Assembly: GCA_030605415.1 (NCBI GenBank)
Contig: JAUWIJ010000006.1
Location: 2,335-66,334, forward strand
DNA from: an archaeon
GTDB taxonomy: Archaea > Nanobdellota > Nanobdellia > Pacearchaeales > GW2011-AR1
Reading direction: 5' to 3'
Length of the DNA stretch: 64,000 nt
The translations under genes and the position numbers were made by a program. The notes beneath the pieces were generated by a model. It was not told the origin of the DNA. It saw only the letters and a list, made by a program, of their open reading frames with translations, and did no database searches. This document shows, piece by piece, positions 35,087 to 45,001 of the stretch; position 1 is the stretch's first letter; each line of letters begins with the position of its first letter.

Positions 35087-35479
35087 ATGAGTGCTAAAAT
35101 AATTGGTTATCGACCTTTGACCTCTATAGTTCCATATAAAGTTATTGAAGAGAGCGCACCGAAAAAGGGATTTTCTTTTTTGGAGAGTTTGAAGACAAAA
35201 GAACAGCAGGTTAAATTTTTTGAAAAGAGTTTATGTGAATCGGTATACCTTTCTTTAGAAGGAGTTCCGGAAAATTTAATGGCTATTCGAAGGGCAAAAC
35301 ATAGTGATATTTTATTTAAAATAAATAGAGAGTATGGAATAATATTTGGTGTGTATATAAACAGGGAAAAGTGGACAGAGACGGCGGTAACTGTTTACAA
35401 TTATTATCATCACATGAAGGGGTTCCCATTAAGAGAAGTAATAAGATTTAAAGGCTCATTGGCGGATGTGGTTGCTTAA
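35087..35479 (+). CDS. Hypothetical protein
   Basis: 130-aa ORF, AT-rich, inserted between rps7 and fusA. No motif recognised. Confidence 0.4.
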   Translation: MSAKIIGYRPLTSIVPYKVIEESAPKKGFSFLESLKTKEQQVKFFEKSLCESVYLSLEGVPENLMAIRRAKHSDILFKINREYGIIFGVYINREKWTETAVTVYNYYHHMKGFPLREVIRFKGSLADVVA

Positions 35480-35509
35480 TTTATTAACGGTTAATTTTAT
35501 AGGACAATA

Positions 35510-35692
35510 ATGGATTCAATCAGACTATCTACAAAAGGGACTGAACAAGTTTTTAATTCATTCGAAGGTATGAGTAAGCATGCAAAAAATTTGTTCAGAT
35601 TGGGTTCAGAAGAAGATAAGACAGATTTGGAAAAAATTGGATTTAAGGTGAATGTACAGGAAGGTTATGGGCATTTTACAATGACAAAATAA
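35510..35692 (+). CDS. Hypothetical small protein
   Basis: 60-aa ORF. No motif recognised. Confidence 0.3.
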   Translation: MDSIRLSTKGTEQVFNSFEGMSKHAKNLFRLGSEEDKTDLEKIGFKVNVQEGYGHFTMTK

Positions 35693-35776
35693 AAACAGGA
35701 TTATCTGTTTAGATTTATGAGGATGGAAAAATTTCTTTTTCAATAATTTTATATATCTGTTTATTCTATCTCGACT

Positions 35777-36517
35777 ATGAAAAAAATGAAAAAAAGTAAA
35801 TATAAAACCCCTACAGAAAGAATACAATCTTTTTTTCGTCCTGATTTAGAAAGTGTATGGATAAAAACTCCTGGAAAAATAAAATCAGCAAAAAGATACA
35901 AAAGGGCGAAGAAATCTGTGAAATTTGAAAGTCCTGATTATTTACACACCCAAATTCATACACACCCAATGCATTATCCTAAAGATTATTTTTATAGAGT
36001 GGGAATAGGTTTTCCCTCTATACCTGATTTTGAGGGGTTCTTTAAAGATAGAAATATTAAAACAATGGTTGTAGCCCAACTTAATCCAAAATTAAAAAAA
36101 GTTGAAGGATATACTTTTGTAAGAAAAAAGAAACATTTTGTAACAGAAAAAAGTAAAAATCTAATTTCAAAATTAGAAGCCGAGAAAGCACCTACTTGCT
36201 ATGATAAATTTCAAGATGTATTAGATTCAAGATATCTTCAATTTAGATTTGTTCCTGCTCGGGGTTATCGATTTGAAAAAGATGAATTAATTTATCAAAA
36301 AAAAACAGATAGAGAATACAGATTAGGAATAATAGTTTTTTTTGCATTTTTAATAATTTTATTTTTTTCTCAAAAAAAACTTACTGGATTTACGATTTTG
36401 GCAGGAAAGACATTTCCTTTTCCATCAATTTTTATCTTGTTTATGCTTTTAATAGGATTAACATTTTATCTAATAAGAAAAAAAATAAATTTTTATTCTG
36501 GGAAAAATAAAAATTGA
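35777..36517 (+). CDS. Hypothetical membrane protein with a JAMM-like HxH...SxxD motif
   Basis: HTQIHTHPMHYP...GFPSIPD, followed by two C-terminal TM helices. The motif spacing is non-canonical. Confidence 0.4.
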   Translation: MKKMKKSKYKTPTERIQSFFRPDLESVWIKTPGKIKSAKRYKRAKKSVKFESPDYLHTQIHTHPMHYPKDYFYRVGIGFPSIPDFEGFFKDRNIKTMVVAQLNPKLKKVEGYTFVRKKKHFVTEKSKNLISKLEAEKAPTCYDKFQDVLDSRYLQFRFVPARGYRFEKDELIYQKKTDREYRLGIIVFFAFLIILFFSQKKLTGFTILAGKTFPFPSIFILFMLLIGLTFYLIRKKINFYSGKNKN

Positions 36518-36568
36518 GTTGTAAATTGTTAATTCTTTTTTTCGTCGTGAAAATTATTTTTTAGTAGA

Positions 36569-36604
36569 CAAAAGTTTTTAAACCAATTTTTCAATTAATT
36601 ATCT
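36569..36604 (+). promoter_or_regulatory. Promoter box (fusA copy)
   Basis: caaaagtttttaaaccaatttttcaattaattatct ends at the fusA ATG, implying a leaderless or very short 5' UTR. Confidence 0.55.
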
Positions 36605-38776
36605 ATGGCAATTGATACGACGGCAAAAGTTAAGGAGTTACAGAGAGATCCTACGCATATTCGTAATATTGCTATTTGTGCGCACATCGACCACGGCAAG
36701 ACGACGTTTTCTGATAACTTGTTGGCTGGCGCTGGGATGATGAGCGAGGCATTGGCAGGAAAGGCACGGACTTTGGATTTTCACGAGGACGAAGCGGAAC
36801 GGGGAATTACGATTGATTCAGCTTCGGTTTCTATGATTCATTCGGTTGAGGGTCAGGATTATTTAATCAATTTAATCGATACTCCGGGGCATGTCGATTT
36901 TGGAGGCGATGTTACTCGAGCAATGAGGGCGGTTGATGGTGCGATTGTTTTGACCTGTGCTTCCGAGGGTATTATGCCTCAAACTGAGACAGTTCTTCGT
37001 CAGGCGTTGAAGGAAAGGGTTAAGCCGATTTTATTTATTAATAAAGTTGACAGATTAATCAGAGAAGTTAAACTGACTCCTGAAGAAATGCAGAAAAGAT
37101 TTGTGGATATTATTAATAATGTAAATAAGTTGATTGCTGAGATTGCCGAGCCTGAGTATAAACAGAAATGGCAGGTTAATGTTGCCGATGGTTCGGTTGC
37201 GTTTGGTTCGGCTTTTCATAATTGGGCTTTGAGTATTCCGTATATGCAGAAAAATAATATTTCTTTCAAAGAAGTTATTGATGCTTACGAGGCTGGTGGA
37301 GAGGAGTATAAGGTCTTGGCTAAAAAGGCGCCGATTCATGAGGTTATTTTGAATATGGTAGTTAATAATCATCCCGACCCTGTGACTGCGCAGAAGTATA
37401 GAATTCCCAAAATTTGGCGTGGCGATTTGAAAAGTGAAGAAGGTAAAGATTTAGTTAGTTGTAATATTGAGGGTGAGGTTGCGTTTGTGCCTATTAAAAT
37501 TGTGATTGATCCTCACGCTGGCGAGGTTGCGGCTGGTCGGTTATTTGGTGGCAGGATTAAACAGGGTGATGAGTTGTATATGAATATTGCCGGAAGGAAA
37601 GTCAGGGCTCAGCAGGTTTCAATTTACAAGGGTGCGAGTAGGGTTCAGCTTGATGAAGTTGTAGCTGGTAATATTGTTGGCATTGTTGGATTGAAAGATA
37701 TTGTCGTCGGCGAAACTGTTTCTACTAATCCTATTGAACCGTTTGAGGCGATTAGTCATTTGTTTGAGCCGGTTGTTACGAAATCAATTAGTGCGAAGAG
37801 GACTGCGGATTTACCGAAGCTGATTGAAATTTTGAGACAGGTAGGGAAGGAAGACCCGTCGCTAAGGATTGAAATTAATGAAGAGACTGGCGAGTCTTTA
37901 ATGTCTGGGATGGGAGAGTTGCATTTAGAGATTATTGAAAATAGAATTAAGACAGAGAAAGGACTTGAGGTTGAAATGGGGCCTCCTATTATTGTTTACA
38001 GAGAAGCGGTTTCGAAACTTAGTGATGTTGCCGAGGGTCGTTCGCCTAATAAACATAATAGTTTTTTCCTGACGGTTGAGCCATTAGAGGATGTGATTGT
38101 TCAGGCGGTTGCTGATGGCAATTTACCGAAGGGCAGGATTAAAAAGAAAGATAAAGCGCTGGATGAAACATTGGTTGGACTTGGGATTTCCAGGGACGAG
38201 GCACAGCAGTATAGAGATATTTTTAGTGGAAATGTTTTTTTAGATAAAACTAAAGGAGAGGTTCATATTGGCGAGGTTATTGAGTTGGTTTTGGATTCTT
38301 TTGAGGAAGTTATGAAGGCAGGTCCTTTGGCGAGGGAGCCGACTTTGAAACTGAAGGTTTCTTTGGTTGATTTGAAGTTACATGAGGATGCGATTCACAG
38401 GGGCCCTGCTCAGGTATACCCGGCTATACGAGAGGGTCTTCGGGCGGCTTTTGCTAAAGCGGTTCCTATTATTTACGAGCCTGTTCAGATTCATCAGATT
38501 GAAGTGCCTATAGATTTTATGGGTGCGGTTACATCATTGGTTTCTACTAAGAGAGGAGTTTTGGTTGATGTTCAGCAGGATGAAACGGGGGCTACGATTA
38601 GGGCAGAGATTCCGGTTCAGGAAATGCTTGGATGGACTTCTGATTTGCGTAGTGCGACGGAAGGCAGAGGAGTTTCCAGCTTAGTTTCCCAGACTTTCAA
38701 GAAATTACCTAACGATATGCAGGTGAAAGTTATTGGGCAGATTAGGGAACGGAAAGGTTTGGCTGAGAATCAATAA
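36605..38776 (+). CDS. fusA: Translation elongation factor 2 (aEF-2)
   Basis: AHIDHGKTT, DTPGHVDF, NKVDR and the diphthamide-region HEDAIHRG. Confidence 0.95.
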   Translation: MAIDTTAKVKELQRDPTHIRNIAICAHIDHGKTTFSDNLLAGAGMMSEALAGKARTLDFHEDEAERGITIDSASVSMIHSVEGQDYLINLIDTPGHVDFGGDVTRAMRAVDGAIVLTCASEGIMPQTETVLRQALKERVKPILFINKVDRLIREVKLTPEEMQKRFVDIINNVNKLIAEIAEPEYKQKWQVNVADGSVAFGSAFHNWALSIPYMQKNNISFKEVIDAYEAGGEEYKVLAKKAPIHEVILNMVVNNHPDPVTAQKYRIPKIWRGDLKSEEGKDLVSCNIEGEVAFVPIKIVIDPHAGEVAAGRLFGGRIKQGDELYMNIAGRKVRAQQVSIYKGASRVQLDEVVAGNIVGIVGLKDIVVGETVSTNPIEPFEAISHLFEPVVTKSISAKRTADLPKLIEILRQVGKEDPSLRIEINEETGESLMSGMGELHLEIIENRIKTEKGLEVEMGPPIIVYREAVSKLSDVAEGRSPNKHNSFFLTVEPLEDVIVQAVADGNLPKGRIKKKDKALDETLVGLGISRDEAQQYRDIFSGNVFLDKTKGEVHIGEVIELVLDSFEEVMKAGPLAREPTLKLKVSLVDLKLHEDAIHRGPAQVYPAIREGLRAAFAKAVPIIYEPVQIHQIEVPIDFMGAVTSLVSTKRGVLVDVQQDETGATIRAEIPVQEMLGWTSDLRSATEGRGVSSLVSQTFKKLPNDMQVKVIGQIRERKGLAENQ

Positions 38777-38810
38777 ATTTATAAATAGTCACTTCTTTAG
38801 AATTACTACA

Positions 38811-39281
38811 ATGACAATAAAAAATATTGCTGAAAAAGTTGCAGGAGTTTTGCCAATTGGAAGTGGAATTAAATATAATATTAATCAATTCGAAAAACCG
38901 ATAGAAGAAAGAGATAGTGGAATTAGATATATTGGTAAAATTTTAGGGCATGCTACTTATACCGCAGTTTTTGGTGCTTATGTTCTTATAGGAAGTGTAG
39001 GTGGTATTTGGACACCTCAACAATATAAACAAGCTTTTGAAAAAGTTAAAGCAAGAAATGAACAAAACAAAATAGAAATAGCACAAACAGAAGAATACAA
39101 ACAAAAACTTTTTGGAGAAAATGGTTATGCTGATAAAGATGGAGAAAAAGGAATTAGTCCTTCTGAAAGATTTGAAGTTTATAAAAGAGCTGGATTGGAA
39201 GATAAAATAATTTTTCCAGAACTTTCTGTAAAAGATTTAGAAAAAGCAGTAAAGAGTTATGAGGCAGATAATCAAGAATAA
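38811..39281 (+). CDS. Hypothetical membrane protein between fusA and tuf
   Basis: Start trimmed to MTIKNIAEK. One predicted TM segment (HATYTAVFGAYVLIGSVGGIW). Confidence 0.45.
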   Translation: MTIKNIAEKVAGVLPIGSGIKYNINQFEKPIEERDSGIRYIGKILGHATYTAVFGAYVLIGSVGGIWTPQQYKQAFEKVKARNEQNKIEIAQTEEYKQKLFGENGYADKDGEKGISPSERFEVYKRAGLEDKIIFPELSVKDLEKAVKSYEADNQE

Positions 39282-39388
39282 TTCCCAACCAATATCTTTA
39301 AAAACCATTATTAATACATTATATTTATACCTTAGATGAACAAAATTCTCGAGGGTAATTAAACTAACTAAATTAGGAAATAAGAAAT

Positions 39389-40675
39389 ATGGCTAAAGAA
39401 AAACCAGGAATTAATGTTGTCTTCGTTGGACATGTCGACCATGGGAAGTCTACCTGCGTGGGCAGGCTCTTTTATGATGGCGGTGCGGTCTCTGAACAAG
39501 AGATGAAAAAGTACAAGGAAGAAGCGGCAAAGCATGGTAAGGCTGGGTTTGAATTTGCTTATGTGATGGATAATTTGAAGGAAGAGCGAGAGAGAGGAGT
39601 TACTATTAACTTGTCTTATAAGAAGCTTGTTACTCAGAATTTTGAAGTTACAATTATTGATGCACCAGGGCATAAGGATTTTGTTAAGAATATGATTACT
39701 GGAGCTTCGCAGGCAGATGCAGCGTTTTTAGTAGTTTCTGTTGATGGTGGAGTTCAGCCTCAGACTAAGGAGCACGTTTGGTTGCTTCGAACGATGGGAG
39801 TGAAGTCCTTAGCTGTCTTGGTTAACAAGATGGACACTGTGGAATATTCTGAAGAGAAGTTCAAGAAAGTTGTGGAAGATGTTTCTGCGATTATCAAACA
39901 GGCGGGATACAAACCGGACGAGGTTCCATTTTTAGCGGGTTCTGCTCTTATGGGCGATAACATTGCGAATAAGTCGGACAAGATGGCGTGGTATAAAGGA
40001 CAGACTGTTTTAGGGCAGATTGACAAATTTTCTATTCCGGAGAAACCAACAGGATTGCCTATGAGAATGCCTATTCAGGATGTCTATGATATTACGGGTA
40101 TTGGTACTGTTCCTGTAGGAAAGGTTGAAACTGGAATTATGAAAGTCGGTCAAAAGGTTGTTGTTCTGCCAGGTCGGTCTGGAACCGGAATCGAAGGCGA
40201 AGTTCGTTCTATCGAAGCTCATCACGAGCAGTTGAAAGAAGCTGAAGCTGGAGACAATGTTGGTATTAATATCAGGGGCGTTGGCAAGAAAGACATAGCT
40301 CGAGGAGATGTTATTTGCGATGCGGCTAAACCTGCGAAACTTGTTGAAGAATTCGAAGCTCAGATTGCTGTGATTAATCATCCAACCGTTATTGCTAAAG
40401 GTTATACACCAGTTTTCCATGTTCATACAGCTCAGGTTCCATGTCAGTTTGTGGAAATTAAGTCTAAGCTGGATCCTGCTACAGGACAGGTTGCGGAAGA
40501 GAATCCGGACTTTTTGAAGAATGGGGACGTTGCTATTGTTAAAATCAAACCAGTCGGAAATTTAGTGCTCGAGGCAGTTGGAGATAATCCAAATATGGCT
40601 CGGTTCGCTATTCGAGACGCGGGTGTTACGGTTGCGGCTGGGGTTTGCAAATCTCTAACTGAGAAGAAATTATAA
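39389..40675 (+). CDS. tuf: Translation elongation factor 1-alpha (aEF-1A)
   Basis: [21 protein letters not shown], and full-length EF-Tu/EF-1A organisation. Confidence 0.95.
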   Translation: MAKEKPGINVVFVGHVDHGKSTCVGRLFYDGGAVSEQEMKKYKEEAAKHGKAGFEFAYVMDNLKEERERGVTINLSYKKLVTQNFEVTIIDAPGHKDFVKNMITGASQADAAFLVVSVDGGVQPQTKEHVWLLRTMGVKSLAVLVNKMDTVEYSEEKFKKVVEDVSAIIKQAGYKPDEVPFLAGSALMGDNIANKSDKMAWYKGQTVLGQIDKFSIPEKPTGLPMRMPIQDVYDITGIGTVPVGKVETGIMKVGQKVVVLPGRSGTGIEGEVRSIEAHHEQLKEAEAGDNVGINIRGVGKKDIARGDVICDAAKPAKLVEEFEAQIAVINHPTVIAKGYTPVFHVHTAQVPCQFVEIKSKLDPATGQVAEENPDFLKNGDVAIVKIKPVGNLVLEAVGDNPNMARFAIRDAGVTVAAGVCKSLTEKKL

Positions 40676-40770
40676 TTTTATTTGAAAATTTTGGCGTTGG
40701 AGCCGAACTCGTGTACCCGATGTACACCACGTTCGACTCCGCCTAAAACTTTTCTAACTAAAATTAAATT
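40676..40770. repeat. Hairpin element H2 immediately after the tuf stop
   Basis: Core palindrome ggcgttggagccgaac...gttcgactccgcc (40693-40743) with AT-rich outer arms. The core is related to the H1 core (gcgttggacgaac...gtccgcc). Confidence 0.75.
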
Positions 40771-40882
40771 TCTGGAAACTTTGGGTTGTAAAAGACCCTT
40801 TTTATTTTTTTTATTTTTAAGATTTTTCCCCGAGGGGGTGCTTTGGGAAAGCATTTAAATATATTATTATCTTGTAATTTTT

Positions 40883-41089
40883 ATGGAAATCACTTTTGAC
40901 AAAGATGCAGACGCAGTTTATATCGAGTTTTCTAGTGGCGACTTTGTATCAAACAAAAAAATGGATGACGACACAATTTTAGATTTAGATAAAGATGGAA
41001 ATATTTTGGGTATTGAATTGTTAAGCGTGAGTAAAAGAATTTCAAAAGATTTTCTTTCTGAAGTTAATGTTAAAAATTTAGTTTGTTGA
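40883..41089 (+). CDS. DUF2283-family small protein
   Basis: ITFDKDADAVYIEF...ILDLDKDGNILGIELL is the characteristic DUF2283 pattern. Confidence 0.7.
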   Translation: MEITFDKDADAVYIEFSSGDFVSNKKMDDDTILDLDKDGNILGIELLSVSKRISKDFLSEVNVKNLVC

Positions 41090-41223
41090 TTTTTGTGGAG
41101 TTAGGGTATTTTGTTTTTGGGATTGAGGAGAAGTTAAATTTTTAGAAGTTCAGACATTATAGTATTAATTTAAAAGTAGTATCAAGCCCAAAAGTTTATA
41201 AAGTAGGTAGCTCTAATTTTAAT

Positions 41224-41670
41224 ATGGTAGAGAATTATAATCCAACAAGGAAAGAAGTGCTAAGAGAGGCATTTAGCGGAGTTAATTTGAAAAACACTAG
41301 GAGCAAATTAAAGCAAGTTGGGGGAGATTTTATTGCAATGGCAAGTATATCTTCTCTTTGTCCATATATTATTCCTACAACTGTTCGTCTACACCGAGAT
41401 ATTGAATCTTTAGGTGAAAAAGTTGAGATTGATGTAGCAGACTATATTGGACTATCGGCAGGTCTTATAGCTGGAGTTGGTTCATATATTGTTCAAGTGG
41501 GTGGTTATTTATATGCAGTAGAACACGACCATCCAGAAGCATTATTAATTCCGGTTGCAACAAATGTGGTTTCTGGTGTTTATGAAGTTGGAAGGAAAAT
41601 TTATAATAATGCAAGACAAAAGATATTAGATAAGCATAATGCCGAAGGTCTTGAATCTACATTGAAATAA
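41224..41670 (+). CDS. Hypothetical membrane protein
   Basis: 148 aa with two or three hydrophobic segments. Confidence 0.45.
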   Translation: MVENYNPTRKEVLREAFSGVNLKNTRSKLKQVGGDFIAMASISSLCPYIIPTTVRLHRDIESLGEKVEIDVADYIGLSAGLIAGVGSYIVQVGGYLYAVEHDHPEALLIPVATNVVSGVYEVGRKIYNNARQKILDKHNAEGLESTLK

Positions 41671-41725
41671 ATTCTAAAAACCAAATCACATAAATTCTTA
41701 AAAACTCTTTAAATCTTTCCCTCCC

Positions 41726-42292
41726 ATGTCAATACAGGTTAGAGAAAAAACTATTGAGGAAATTGAAAAGAAGTTGGGTGAGATGGGTACCGATTTGAAT
41801 AAGATTGATTATCTGGAATCGGTGTTGAAGAGCGCGAGTTTTAGTTTTGAGATTAAGCGGTTTTTGTGCAAGGAGTTGTCTGAGTTGTACGAGGAGCGGA
41901 AGATGTTTGAGCGGGCGGCGCGGGCGATGTCTAATAAGGCGGGGATGGAAATTACATTTAAAGATAAGATTGATAGTTATGTGACGGCGGCGGAATTGTT
42001 TTCGAGGATTGGGAAGGTTGACGACGCTGATGAAATGTTTGTCAGGGCTATGAGAGATGCGAACAGCGAGCAGAAGACAAAAGTTAAGTTGGCACGGAAG
42101 AATATTTATTTGATTTCGGCTAAGGAGTTGGAATCTAAGGGCAAGAGGGCGTCGGCGATTAAGTTTTATGAGAAATTAATTAAGATGAATCTTGAGGATG
42201 TTGAGAAAAATGAGATTAAGGAAAAATTATTAAGGACATATAAAGCACTTGGTTTATTTAGAGAGGCGCGACTGTTGGGAAGTAGTGAGTAG
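41726..42292 (+). CDS. Hypothetical helical (TPR-like?) protein
   Basis: 188 aa, helical repeat character. The last codons lie in repeat R8. Confidence 0.45.
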   Translation: MSIQVREKTIEEIEKKLGEMGTDLNKIDYLESVLKSASFSFEIKRFLCKELSELYEERKMFERAARAMSNKAGMEITFKDKIDSYVTAAELFSRIGKVDDADEMFVRAMRDANSEQKTKVKLARKNIYLISAKELESKGKRASAIKFYEKLIKMNLEDVEKNEIKEKLLRTYKALGLFREARLLGSSE

Positions 42293-42400
42293 TTGGTGGT
42301 GAGTAGTAAGTAGTGGGGACGGGGGACTACAAACTACCAACTACTAACTACCAACTACTAACTACCAACTACAAACTGAGAGTGGGAGTAGTTTGAGAGA
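42278..42400 (+). repeat. Composite repeat (copy R8), clear inverted-arm architecture
   Basis: gtagttggtggtgagtagtaagtagt, then ggggacggggg, then actacaaactaccaactactaactaccaactactaactaccaactac. The arms are approximately complementary. Confidence 0.85.
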
Positions 42401-42889
42401 TTTATGATTTAAAAAAATAAAATAAGAAATAGTTTAGATATCTTCTTCAAGGTCGATATCGGAGTTAATGTCTTCGTATTCTGCGTTTAGGCTTTTTTCG
42501 GCTTCTGGCATTTTATTCACAAGGGCTATTCCTCGTCGTCGAGTTCTTCTTCATCATCGAATTCCTCGTCGTCGAGTTCGTCATTTTTGGTTTCCATATG
42601 CCCTCTTTTATTTAATATTTACTAAATTAAAGTCTTTATAAATATTTGCGTGGATTTGTTTGGGAATTAAGAAATGTAAAATAATTTAAAGGGAGGATTC
42701 TTTGGAGTTTTTATTTGTAATTTTGTGAGAAAAGATTTAAAAAGGGAAAATTGTTTTATTTATTGTTAGGGATGACCTTAGAATCATATTACGATTATCA
42801 CATTTACAATCATGAAAGGCTCGGGGGAGTAACAGCGAAGGTATATTTCTAATTATAACTAAATATGGAGAAAATAAAAAATGGCAAAA

Positions 42890-42910
42890 GTAACATGTAA
42901 AATGTTTCAT
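42890..42910. promoter_or_regulatory. 21-nt palindromic motif (copy 3, upstream of dnaG)
   Basis: gtaacatgtaaaatgtttcat lies 25 nt before the ATG, the same spacing as at nusA. Confidence 0.55.
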
Positions 42911-42935
42911 TATCTATTTTTTGGGAAACTGAAAA

Positions 42936-44102
42936 ATGGCAAAAATTAGTCCAACGTCGATTAAATATTCGATTATAGCGGATTTTGTAGCGGATGGTCC
43001 GTTTCAGAAACCTGATGTTATTGGGGCTTTGTTTGGGCAGACCGAGGGTTTGCTTGGTTCTGACATGGAATTGAGAGAGCTCCAAAAAGAAGGTAAAATT
43101 GGTCGTATAGAAGTTGAACTGAACACCGAGGGCGGGAAGACAACGGGGGAAATTATGATTCCGTCTGCTTTGGATAAAACTGAGACGACAATTATTGCTG
43201 CGTCTTTGGAGACTATTGATAAGATTGGACCTACCGATGCGAAGATAACTATTAAGGATATCAGCGACGTCAGGGGTTCGAAGCGTGATTACATTATGGA
43301 GCGGGCGAAAGCTTTGTTGGCTGGGATTAAGAATGAAGGTATGGATTCTACGGAGATGGAAACTGAACTTAGAGAGTCGACTCGAGTTTCAAAAGCTATT
43401 GAGTATGGAGTAGAAGGTTTAGCGGCAGGTCCTAATATCGATAACGATGCGGAAATTATTGTGGTTGAGGGTCGAGCTGATGTTGTGAATATGCTGAAGC
43501 ACGGAATTAAAAATGTTATTGGGATGCAAGGAACAAAGTTTCCTAAAACTATTGCGACTTTAAGTAAAACAAAGGAGCTTACTTTGTTTGTTGATGGTGA
43601 CCGAGGCGGAAAGTTAATTGCACAAAATGTGTGTGATAATGCTAAGATTGTTTATATCGCTACTGCACCCGACGGGAAGGAAGTTGAGGAATTGGCTGGT
43701 AAGGAATTATTACAAGCGCTTCGAAAAAAGGTTTCGGCGGATGTTTTTTTGAGGGACATTAAGAGATCGTCATATAATAATCGCAGTTCTGTTCGCAAAG
43801 AAGAAATGACATCTGGGATTATTCGAAGAGAATTAGTTAGTGACGATGTTTCTAAATTGAGAGAGCTTATTTCTGAAATTAAGGGGAAGAATGTTTTGGT
43901 TTTGAACGAAGATTTAGAAATTGTTAAGAATATTTCTGTTTCGAGATTGAGTTCGGTTGATGCAAAAAGTGCTTTCATATTAATGGTTCATGTGGCTACT
44001 AAGTCTGTGATTCAGGAAGCTGAACGGATGAAATCAAAGGCAGTTGCAGCAAAGACGTTTGGTAAAGTTTCAGATACGGACATTCAATTAGTTTCGCTTT
44101 AA
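42936..44102 (+). CDS. dnaG: Archaeal DnaG-type primase (TOPRIM)
   Basis: The N-terminal KYSIIADFVADG...DVIGALFGQTEGLLG signature of archaeal DnaG, and a TOPRIM region (IVVEGRADV...DGDRGG). Confidence 0.85.
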   Translation: MAKISPTSIKYSIIADFVADGPFQKPDVIGALFGQTEGLLGSDMELRELQKEGKIGRIEVELNTEGGKTTGEIMIPSALDKTETTIIAASLETIDKIGPTDAKITIKDISDVRGSKRDYIMERAKALLAGIKNEGMDSTEMETELRESTRVSKAIEYGVEGLAAGPNIDNDAEIIVVEGRADVVNMLKHGIKNVIGMQGTKFPKTIATLSKTKELTLFVDGDRGGKLIAQNVCDNAKIVYIATAPDGKEVEELAGKELLQALRKKVSADVFLRDIKRSSYNNRSSVRKEEMTSGIIRRELVSDDVSKLRELISEIKGKNVLVLNEDLEIVKNISVSRLSSVDAKSAFILMVHVATKSVIQEAERMKSKAVAAKTFGKVSDTDIQLVSL

Positions 44103-44209
44103 AAAATTGATTTTAGTTGGTAATTTCTTGGTAAAGAAAATTCTCGCGTATGTTAAATACGCCACGAATTTTTTTTACCAAGAAATTACCAACTAAAATC
44201 AATTTTTTA
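44101..44209. repeat. Hairpin element H3 overlapping the dnaG stop
   Basis: Perfect 35-bp arms (44101-44135 and 44174-44208), plus an inner stem cgtat/atacg with a symmetric 3x3 internal loop. Confidence 0.85.
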
Positions 44210-44360
44210 TTTTTATGCTTCTTATTGGGGCAACCTATTTTTTTATTTTTTTATTTCCCATTGGGTGAATATCCCGCAGCTTGCTGTGAAGTGAGCGAAG
44301 CGAACTATAGGATTTTTATTTTTTGAAAAGTTTTATATACCTTGTCTTATTTTATATTAA

Positions 44361-44834
44361 ATGAAGGGTGAGGAGACGGGCAGGTATTTTAAATGGAAGT
44401 GGTTTGTGATTTTGGTAGTATTAGTGATTTTGGTTTGGGGAATTTGGATGTTGTTTTTTAGTTATGCGCATTGTGAGACCTGGGAATGTTTTAATGCTCA
44501 TTTGAAGGATTGTGATAGAGTGAGGTTTATTGGGGAAGTGGACATGATTTTTAAATATACCATTGAGGGGGATTCTAATGGGGAGTGTGAAGTTGTGGTG
44601 CAGTTGTTGCAGGGTGAGTTAAATAATCGGGATTTGATAAAATTAGAGATGCAAAAAATGACCTGTATGTTGCCAAGGGGTGTTGTGATGGTTCCTGAGA
44701 GTGATATTGGAAATTGTCATGGAATGTTAAAAGAGGGGTTGCAGGATTTAGTGATTGAGAAGTTGCATACGTATCTTGTTCAGAATTTAGGGAAATTGAA
44801 TTTAGAGGTATTGGATGTGCCGGATGGGAGTTAA
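44361..44834 (+). CDS. Hypothetical membrane-anchored protein
   Basis: N-terminal TM helix and a Cys-containing ectodomain. Confidence 0.45.
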   Translation: MKGEETGRYFKWKWFVILVVLVILVWGIWMLFFSYAHCETWECFNAHLKDCDRVRFIGEVDMIFKYTIEGDSNGECEVVVQLLQGELNNRDLIKLEMQKMTCMLPRGVVMVPESDIGNCHGMLKEGLQDLVIEKLHTYLVQNLGKLNLEVLDVPDGS

Positions 44835-44835
44835 G

Positions 44836-44968
44836 AGTTTATCAGCTTCGCTGATAGTTGGGGGTTCGGTGTTGGGAGTTGGGAGTGGGGGCAGGGAGTG
44901 GGGGCAGGGAACGGGGAAGCGGGGAGCTACTAACTCCTAACTACCAACTCCTGACTGGCGAGGGGGGA
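44836..44968 (+). repeat. Composite repeat (copy R9) with a strong G4-type core
   Basis: Left end tcagcttcgctgatag, then gttgggagttgggagt words, then gggagtgggggcagggagtgggggcagggaacggggaagcgggg, then ctactaactcctaactaccaactcc. Confidence 0.85.
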
Positions 44969-45001
44969 TAAATTTAAATTCTCCTTTTCCCATTTCTAAT
45001 C

